The translations under genes and the position numbers were made by a program. From positions 1-64,000 of IMG/VR virus record IMGVR_UViG_3300031951_000017: DNA of 64,000 nucleotides, one strand, 5' to 3'. Positions 57,709 through 64,000 of the stretch are shown here, one piece after another. Positions within the stretch are counted from its first letter, which is position 1. Each line of letters opens with the position of its first letter. The notes beneath the pieces are model-generated. The model searched no databases. It was not told the DNA's origin and worked only from the letters and a program-made list of their open reading frames with translations. This DNA comes from a virus.

Positions 57709-59385
57709 TTAAGATTCTTTTCTTAATTCTTTGTCATAGTGGTCAAATCTATTGTGTTCAGTAGGTGTTGCTAATAAAATTCCAGCATTAATCAAATTTT
57801 CTTTGGTCATTTGGTAAACGTGAGACATCCAAGTTTGTTCGTGAGGGTGAGCCCATTTAGTATTTAAAAATACTTTACGACTACCTTCTTTGGTCATAAC
57901 CTGTGGCCAATTACAATAATAAACTTCCCCTGTTGCATATGGAACACCTTTATATGACATTATTTTATCATATTTTGTTTTGGGGGCGTTAGGGTCTAAT
58001 CCTTGTTGTGGTAACTTATCATTCTCAGGAAAATATTTTTGTCTAACATTCTGAGGTACGTTATACCAACTCCATTGTGTTGAATTGTCTCCGAAGAATT
58101 CCGTGAAATTCAATTTAAGAAAATCAAAACTATTTTCTTTGGTTATCAAAAGACTTTTTGTATAAAGTCTATCTATTTTTCTAACAAACCCATTCTTACA
58201 ATTTACATCGGGACCTGAATAGAAAAACATATCATCCTCAAAAAACATCATAAAATCGGAATCACTCTCATCAAAATGTTCCGCAATATATTGTCTACCA
58301 CCACATATTCCTAAATTTGTATGGGGTTTATAATGAGTAAAACCATATTCCTTACATAGATTATCATATTCCATATAAGTTTCAGAGTTTGTTGAATTAT
58401 TAATCAAATATTTTTTTGGAAGTTTTAGGAAGTCCTCGTCGTAGACCTCCATAGATTTAATTAATGTTTTAAATTGGTTTGGACTATTAAATGTTAAAAC
58501 ATATAAGGAACATTTTTTAATATTTAAATCAGTCTTAACTTGTGTTTTAGGGTCAAAAGTTTTTAAGTTTTCAAAAAATGGCCAAACTAATCCATTACCA
58601 GTAATTTCATAACGATGTATTTGATTTGGGTAATTGTGGGCAAGGATGGTGAATAAACACTCGTCCGCACCCATAAGACCTTCATTTATTGTTCTATAAA
58701 GTACATTATAATAATAATTGTTTATTTCATGTACTTGTTCTTTACTACCCCCAAAAAAACCACCTCGACACACATACTCAACAAAAGTAGTATTACAATA
58801 TTGAGCCATTTTTTTTCTTTCAAATCCGTGAATTTCATCATTTGCAGTGTATGGATAACTGATAAAAGTAAATTTATCTACAAATTGTGTATATTCTGGT
58901 AACCTATCAAAAACTTTATCTGTTGTAAAATAACCAGGATTAACAGTTGACGTTATCCCACCATCAATCCAATAAAAATATTCACTTCTAAATGGATTAA
59001 GTATAGCCGTATCATTAACCATAAACATTTTACACATCATCATAGGATTGTAAAATTCTAATCCCGCTTGTGGGGAATCTTTTAACCACCCTGCAAAATT
59101 AAACCATTCAGGATTTGTTCTAATTTTTTGTAATTCATTAAAAAATGGAAACCACGTTTTAAAATCCTCTAGCTCTTTGAAATAAACAACGGTGTTATGT
59201 CTCTTACGTATTTTCCAAACCTCAGACTCTAGTGACCTTGGAATCCAAATACATAGATTTGCATCAGTTTCTAGTAATTCAAAAAATTTTTGTTTATACG
59301 TATCAAAACTACGTTGTGCCCATCCATTTAAGTTTTCCCTACCTAAGTCCCACAATCCGGTGACAATTGTAACTTTACTATTCAT
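57709..59385 (-). CDS. two-domain glycosyltransferase (HtrL/YibB-like plus GT2-like)
   Basis: 558 aa; N-domain TIVTGLWDLGR...RSF..Y...K.FMV....NPF.SEYFYWIDGG...GGFFGG...ADE; C-domain NLGICGGRQ...MMFFEDD. Confidence 0.75.
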   Translation of the reverse strand: MNSKVTIVTGLWDLGRENLNGWAQRSFDTYKQKFFELLETDANLCIWIPRSLESEVWKIRKRHNTVVYFKELEDFKTWFPFFNELQKIRTNPEWFNFAGWLKDSPQAGLEFYNPMMMCKMFMVNDTAILNPFRSEYFYWIDGGITSTVNPGYFTTDKVFDRLPEYTQFVDKFTFISYPYTANDEIHGFERKKMAQYCNTTFVEYVCRGGFFGGSKEQVHEINNYYYNVLYRTINEGLMGADECLFTILAHNYPNQIHRYEITGNGLVWPFFENLKTFDPKTQVKTDLNIKKCSLYVLTFNSPNQFKTLIKSMEVYDEDFLKLPKKYLINNSTNSETYMEYDNLCKEYGFTHYKPHTNLGICGGRQYIAEHFDESDSDFMMFFEDDMFFYSGPDVNCKNGFVRKIDRLYTKSLLITKENSFDFLKLNFTEFFGDNSTQWSWYNVPQNVRQKYFPENDKLPQQGLDPNAPKTKYDKIMSYKGVPYATGEVYYCNWPQVMTKEGSRKVFLNTKWAHPHEQTWMSHVYQMTKENLINAGILLATPTEHNRFDHYDKELRKES

Positions 59386-59392
59386 AATTAAA

Positions 59393-60433
59393 TTATTTTG
59401 TATTTCCTAAATTTAAATAAAAACCCTCAAAAGACGATACAACATAAGTTTTTTCTGGGTCAATATTTGTTTTAAAATAAGTTCTCCATTTTTTTGGTAG
59501 TTCTTTTGCAATATCTGTTTTAAAGAACTGGTCATAATCAACAAATCCGTTATTTGATAAGTTTAATTTTTTATAATTATTTTTTTTAAGTTGTTCCTCT
59601 ACAATGTTTGTAACATCTATTGTAATTTTTTCTTGGCTATGAAGACTGCGTCCTTCATCCCGTTGTTCATTAAAATATCCATATTCAGAACTAACCAACT
59701 CAATTTTTAAGTTTGATAAATCAGTTCCATCGTAAAAATATTTTGGTATTATTGAGTAGTGTGAGTCATAACAAAAATGAAAAAATTCATAGTATTTTGT
59801 GTCGTTTTTAAATTTATTAGACTCCATTAACCATGCTTCACACTGCCACCTAGAACCTCCCCAAAAATTCATAAAAGGGATGTTATTTCTAATATAGTAT
59901 GCATTTACCCACCAAAAATTTCCCCAATACCAAAAATTGTGACAATGTACACCAACAATGTTGTAAGTGTTTAATTTTTCAAGACATATTTTCCATTTTT
60001 CAATTAAAAAATATTCAAGCATCTCAACCCAAGAATTTTCTGATTCAATTTTAAGTTCATCAATTTCAAAGTTTACAAAATTTTTGAACTTATTAAATAC
60101 TCCTTTAGTGTGGAAATAAAGAATTTTGGCGTCCTCATATTTAAAAGATAGTTCATACACTTGATTAAGTGCTAATACACCTTCTCCATAATTTTTGAAC
60201 CCATGAATAAAATTTATTTTTTCATATTTAATTTTAAGAGTTTCAACAATATTAGAGTATTCTTTTTTTTCGTCCGTTAAATATATGAAAATATCGTCAG
60301 CTTTCTCATATAACCCAAACAATTCTAATTTTCTTAATTGCTCCTCAAGTTTGAGTTGCCAATCATTAACCATGTAACAATGAGCAACAACAAAAATTTT
60401 AGAGTTGTCTATCATTTTTTTATTTTTTAACAA
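59393..60433 (-). CDS. putative glycosyltransferase-like protein
   Basis: 346 aa; ILYFHTKG...W..MLEYFLIEKW..CL...GNFWW...E.W pattern familiar from phage and giant-virus glycosylation clusters; embedded in the GT operon. Confidence 0.55.
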   Translation of the reverse strand: MLKNKKMIDNSKIFVVAHCYMVNDWQLKLEEQLRKLELFGLYEKADDIFIYLTDEKKEYSNIVETLKIKYEKINFIHGFKNYGEGVLALNQVYELSFKYEDAKILYFHTKGVFNKFKNFVNFEIDELKIESENSWVEMLEYFLIEKWKICLEKLNTYNIVGVHCHNFWYWGNFWWVNAYYIRNNIPFMNFWGGSRWQCEAWLMESNKFKNDTKYYEFFHFCYDSHYSIIPKYFYDGTDLSNLKIELVSSEYGYFNEQRDEGRSLHSQEKITIDVTNIVEEQLKKNNYKKLNLSNNGFVDYDQFFKTDIAKELPKKWRTYFKTNIDPEKTYVVSSFEGFYLNLGNTK

Positions 60434-62849
60434 TTATTGCAGTAATACTCCAATTAGGCCTTACTTTAACTATTTCACAACTTTTTATATTTTCTTCTAG
60501 ATATTTTGTTTCAGATTCTGTTAAATAATCAGAAAAAATTCTACCTGTTTTTTGAAACTCTTCTAACATTTGTAAGGTCGTAGTTTTTTTAGGGTCTCCC
60601 CAATTACACCAAGCTTTTTCAGGCATCAGGGCTTCAATACTAGTATGTAAATCTTCCATCACAAATATACCTCCACTTTTAATTGATTTAAATAAAGTTG
60701 CTAAAGTTATTTGTTGGTCGTACATCCTATGACTCCCGTCATCTAGTATTACATCAATGTCAGTATTTTCTTCTGAAAACTTTATTAGTTCTTCTTTTTT
60801 AGACTGGTCCAAAAGTTTTATACTAATCCTTTCAAAGTTATTAAATTGTCTAATTGATTCTGGGTTATTATCTAAACCCAAAATTTCAGAATTAACAAAG
60901 TAATCGGACCAAACTTTTAATGAATTCCCGTCTAAAACACCAATCTCTACAAATTTTTTAATTTGGTCTTTTATTGGTGAAAAAGTTTTTTCATAAATCT
61001 TACTAAAGTAGTCATGTTCGTGGTGTTTATCCGTGGGATAAATTTCCGCTAATTGTGTTAACATAAATTTTGATGTATCTATTTTTATATTGAATTTATT
61101 TCGATAAATAACGTCGATAGTTCTGTATGGGGTATTACCATATGAGAATGCATGGAATATAAATTTATTCTCATTGTAATCTCTAGAATTTAAATCACCA
61201 TTAGGGATGATTTTAAATTTAGTTCTATCGTCTAATCTTTCGCGTACATATTTTAAACAGGTTTGGTCATGCCAAAGTGCGTTTTTATAATGTGGATATT
61301 CTTCACAAACATCCCACCAATCACGCATAAATTTTTTAACAAAATCTGAATTTTTAACTAAGAATACTCCAGCATTAACGATTGAGGGTCCAAAATCTTC
61401 GGTCATCAATACCTCAAAATTACCATGAATAAATTCCTCAATACGTCGATAATTGTTACAGAAAATCGCATCAATATCTAAAAATAAAACATAATCTAAA
61501 TTAGGATTTTTTTCTAACATTTCTAAAACTAGTTTAGGTTTATACCAAGTTGCGGCACGTCCCTCTAGTTTAGTTCTTATTTTTTCAGTATTTTTTTCTA
61601 CAAAATAATAATAATGATTTTCTTCACAATATTTCTCATTAATAGCTTCAGTATACCTACCATATAATACGTTATCAGTATAAAATTGACAAACACCAAT
61701 TTTTAAATTGGTGTCTGCACATATTGTCGTACTTTGTTTTTTAGGGGTTTTATCTAAGACTAACCATTTTTTACCTTTAAAATCAAACATCTCACTTATT
61801 TCGTTAAGGTCTATCCCATCGACTTCGGTAGTTTCTAAATTTAAATTATTAAAATTATTTTGAACCTCCCCGTCAAATTGGACAATTAACCTACCACCTT
61901 CCTGAACTGAATTAATGTACTCATCAATTAATTTGGGGTTAGTGTTTTTAAAAATGTCAACATTTGGAATAACTAATGTGTGAATAGAGTTTTTCCCAAA
62001 AGGACAAAATCCTCTGAAATCATAACTACTCCTCACTTGTCTTCCATAGAACTCCCAATTGTATTTATCTTTATTGTAGGCGTACCACATAGCGGTATAT
62101 TCCCCATCACCATACCAAGTTTTTACAGGGGTGTGATTCCAAAAATTAACATCCGAGTCAATAATTACTTTTCGCTTCATCGGAATATTTTGGTAATAGT
62201 AGTCCAATACATCCTCAACAAAATATTGTCTTTTACCATTCGTATAATGAATAGTAAAAAATTTTTCACCTAGAATATATTGAGTACAAAGTAAATTTGT
62301 CGTTTTAACAACAAAATCTCCATTGTTAATGAATTCAAACAAAGCTTTATCTTCTATAGTTTGGTTTGTTAAATTTTCATGATTCACTAACCCACTACAT
62401 ACTCTTTTTGATAAGAATAGACCAGCACCACCACCTGAATTATTACGTAATACATCAGCATTACCTAATTCTTCTAAAACATTATCTAAAACATAATGAT
62501 TCACATAAGACCCATCGTCAATTCTAAAAATATAATCAAATTCCTCATTTTTCAACACCCATCCTATTGCTTCTTTTAATCTTTCAAACATAAATGATTT
62601 AGTCTGCCCTTGGATTGGTGGATTATGGTCGTAAGTCTCAGGTGAAACACAATGTAATATCTTGTCTACTGGGTTGTATGTAAGTTTATCATTACCTCCA
62701 TCAAAAAAAATAACTTTGTGACCTAATGACTCAACTTTAGGTACCCATGTCTCTAAACAAGACATTTTTCTTGTTAATGAAGCGTCAGATATTTTAATAT
62801 GATTACCATCATATTTTTTACTAGTAAATGCTAAAAAAACTATTTTCAT
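60420..62849 (-). CDS. multidomain glycan-modifying enzyme: GT31-like, GT34-like and SAM-dependent sugar O-methyltransferase
   Basis: 809 aa; ETW...FDYIFRIDDGSYVN...IED (GT31/Fringe-like); WYKPKL...VLFLDIDA...NAGVFLVKNS...WW...HDQ (GT34/MNN10-like); TDK...HDY...EIGV..G.SL..W..YF...DQS...ILDDGSH...GGIFVMED (MycE/TylE-like MTase). Confidence 0.78.
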   Translation of the reverse strand: MKIVFLAFTSKKYDGNHIKISDASLTRKMSCLETWVPKVESLGHKVIFFDGGNDKLTYNPVDKILHCVSPETYDHNPPIQGQTKSFMFERLKEAIGWVLKNEEFDYIFRIDDGSYVNHYVLDNVLEELGNADVLRNNSGGGAGLFLSKRVCSGLVNHENLTNQTIEDKALFEFINNGDFVVKTTNLLCTQYILGEKFFTIHYTNGKRQYFVEDVLDYYYQNIPMKRKVIIDSDVNFWNHTPVKTWYGDGEYTAMWYAYNKDKYNWEFYGRQVRSSYDFRGFCPFGKNSIHTLVIPNVDIFKNTNPKLIDEYINSVQEGGRLIVQFDGEVQNNFNNLNLETTEVDGIDLNEISEMFDFKGKKWLVLDKTPKKQSTTICADTNLKIGVCQFYTDNVLYGRYTEAINEKYCEENHYYYFVEKNTEKIRTKLEGRAATWYKPKLVLEMLEKNPNLDYVLFLDIDAIFCNNYRRIEEFIHGNFEVLMTEDFGPSIVNAGVFLVKNSDFVKKFMRDWWDVCEEYPHYKNALWHDQTCLKYVRERLDDRTKFKIIPNGDLNSRDYNENKFIFHAFSYGNTPYRTIDVIYRNKFNIKIDTSKFMLTQLAEIYPTDKHHEHDYFSKIYEKTFSPIKDQIKKFVEIGVLDGNSLKVWSDYFVNSEILGLDNNPESIRQFNNFERISIKLLDQSKKEELIKFSEENTDIDVILDDGSHRMYDQQITLATLFKSIKSGGIFVMEDLHTSIEALMPEKAWCNWGDPKKTTTLQMLEEFQKTGRIFSDYLTESETKYLEENIKSCEIVKVRPNWSITAIIVKK

Positions 62850-62854
62850 AAAAA

Positions 62855-64000
62855 TTATAAATTCCCAGTGATTCGGTTACACCATCCTTTAGATTTAGAG
62901 TAAGGCCAAACAACCCAATATTTTGGTTGTTCTGCAGTTTGGAAGTCTCTCCACAATTTACAATACCCGTCAGGGTCACGCATTAGGTTATTAATTTCAT
63001 TAATGTCTGCGTCTTTTCTGTATAAAGTATTATCTTTTTCATCGTGGAAAGCAACAACCCAAAATTCATAATCTTTTTCAGGTACCTGTGAAAACCCTAA
63101 ATCAATACAATGTTTGAAAATTCTTGCAAAACTATCTTCCCATTCCTGTTCAGTACTAAACGTATTTGGATTTGGTGGATATTTTTTATCTAGTGTCCAT
63201 TGTTGAACAGCTCGTTTACCAAAATGTAATCCTGCATATTTTTCATAGTCTCTTAAAGTTCTTTCAGTACCAAAACCAAAAACACCAAATTCTTCAGGAT
63301 TATATTTTTCACCATCCATCGAGAATAATTTACGATTTTTTAAATGGCACTTGTTATTTCTTTCTACCCACTTTTTATCGTCGTCCCATTGTTTTGTTCT
63401 ACCTTTACGGGTATACTCATGCCAAATAACAACTTTATGAGGGTGAAATAAATCATATCCGTGTGTATATGCTCTTGCCGCAATTGAAATTTCTTCTCCG
63501 TGAAAATAGTATTCAGGGTCGTGTTGAACTTCTTTTGAGAACTGTCCTACTGTAAAACAAAAATGTGCGGAATAAAATCTCGCAGGGATTGGCTCGGTCA
63601 TTTTTTTCCATCCAGGGATTGTCTCGGGTAAAAAGAAAACCGCACCTTCAGGAATAAATCTATCAAAAGCCATTCTCCAAGGCTCTTTAATTCTTGCGGC
63701 AGGGTCATTATCAGGGTCAAAAGACGATACATAACCCGTTAATAAAGGTTTCTTATGTCCTTTCTCTTGGAGTTGTGTAATCATTCCAATTAAGGTCTCG
63801 TCCCAGTCCTTATCAAATCTCATATGAGAATCAACCTGAAGAGTATATTCTTCATTCTTATAGACTTGTTGTATAAGATTTCTAGCCCAACAAGCACCTT
63901 GTGATTCGTTATAAGGGATATCAATAATTCTAAAACGTTTATCTTTTTTATATTTTGTAAGGTCATCAAATCCATCATTTGGGTTGAATTGTCTAGCAAT
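62855..64000 (-). CDS. GT60-like polypeptide/hydroxyproline N-acetylglucosaminyltransferase (partial, N-terminus beyond right edge)
   Basis: Frame is open from 64000. Hand translation adds ...SQGACWARNLIQQVYKNEEYTLQVDSHMRF, then FYSAHFCF...DPEYYFHGEEISIAARAYTHGYDLFHP...WHEY. The DSH and GEE motifs are those of Skp1-GlcNAc transferase (Gnt1)/GT60. Confidence 0.8.
   Translation of the reverse strand: MARQFNPNDGFDDLTKYKKDKRFRIIDIPYNESQGACWARNLIQQVYKNEEYTLQVDSHMRFDKDWDETLIGMITQLQEKGHKKPLLTGYVSSFDPDNDPAARIKEPWRMAFDRFIPEGAVFFLPETIPGWKKMTEPIPARFYSAHFCFTVGQFSKEVQHDPEYYFHGEEISIAARAYTHGYDLFHPHKVVIWHEYTRKGRTKQWDDDKKWVERNNKCHLKNRKLFSMDGEKYNPEEFGVFGFGTERTLRDYEKYAGLHFGKRAVQQWTLDKKYPPNPNTFSTEQEWEDSFARIFKHCIDLGFSQVPEKDYEFWVVAFHDEKDNTLYRKDADINEINNLMRDPDGYCKLWRDFQTAEQPKYWVVWPYSKSKGWCNRITGNL

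Noticed and set aside
1-64000. Stop-codon reassignment (as in Lak or some crAss-like phages)
   Set aside because: Standard code 11 gives long, densely packed ORFs, and TGA (e.g. 41291, 23233) and TAG (54424) serve as genuine stops.
1-64000. CRISPR array, tRNA, rRNA, DGR repeats or transposase
   Set aside because: Intergenic gaps are short and explained by promoters and terminators; no spaced repeats, cloverleafs, reverse transcriptase or transposase motifs were seen.
57709-64000. GT cluster as a DNA hypermodification or host capsule/LPS locus
   Set aside because: No hydroxymethylase, T4-type glucosyltransferase, flippase, polymerase or membrane proteins are visible, and GT60 acts on peptides. 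It is disfavoured but not excluded, because the cluster continues beyond the window.

Overview
This is a 64-kb segment of a large, AT-rich, contractile-tailed (myovirus/jumbo-like) phage, almost certainly infecting a Bacteroidota host. The host call rests on two perfect TTTG-N19-TATATTTG promoters, A-rich translation starts without Shine-Dalgarno sites, and an SprB-repeat protein. Left to right, mostly on the minus strand: (1) a baseplate/tail-tip module with a partial SprB-repeat protein, gp7/gpI-like, gp6-like and gp25-like genes; (2) a replication block with nrdA, nrdB, DnaB-type helicase, 5'-3' exonuclease, C5 DNA methyltransferase, RecA, a ParB/DGQHR protein and gp32-like SSB; (3) a tail module with a 2278-aa hub, LysM/gp53-like protein, a 1661-aa protein with an OmpA-like domain, tape measure, chaperone, tube, a HAD protein and the sheath; (4) neck genes interleaved with a SNF2 helicase and a SOD-nuclease fusion; (5) family B DNA polymerase; (6) a four-gene glycosyltransferase cluster running off the right edge. 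Best candidate for a new system: a phage-encoded mucin-type protein O-glycosylation pathway. It consists of a GT60-like polypeptide GlcNAc transferase, GT31/GT34/GT2/HtrL-like elongating domains and a sugar O-methyltransferase, matched by Thr/Pro mucin-like inserts and recurrent [ST]-G-x-[ST] motifs in virion proteins. Other highlights are a probable +1 (or -2) frameshift at TTT-TTT-CGC in the tail chaperone, a SOD plus PD-(D/E)xK polyprotein with prohead-protease-like sites, a TATTTAT late-promoter motif with a T4-style start-codon-occluding hairpin, several ORFs missed by the track, and apparent GATC avoidance. All family assignments are from motif recognition by eye; no searches were run.
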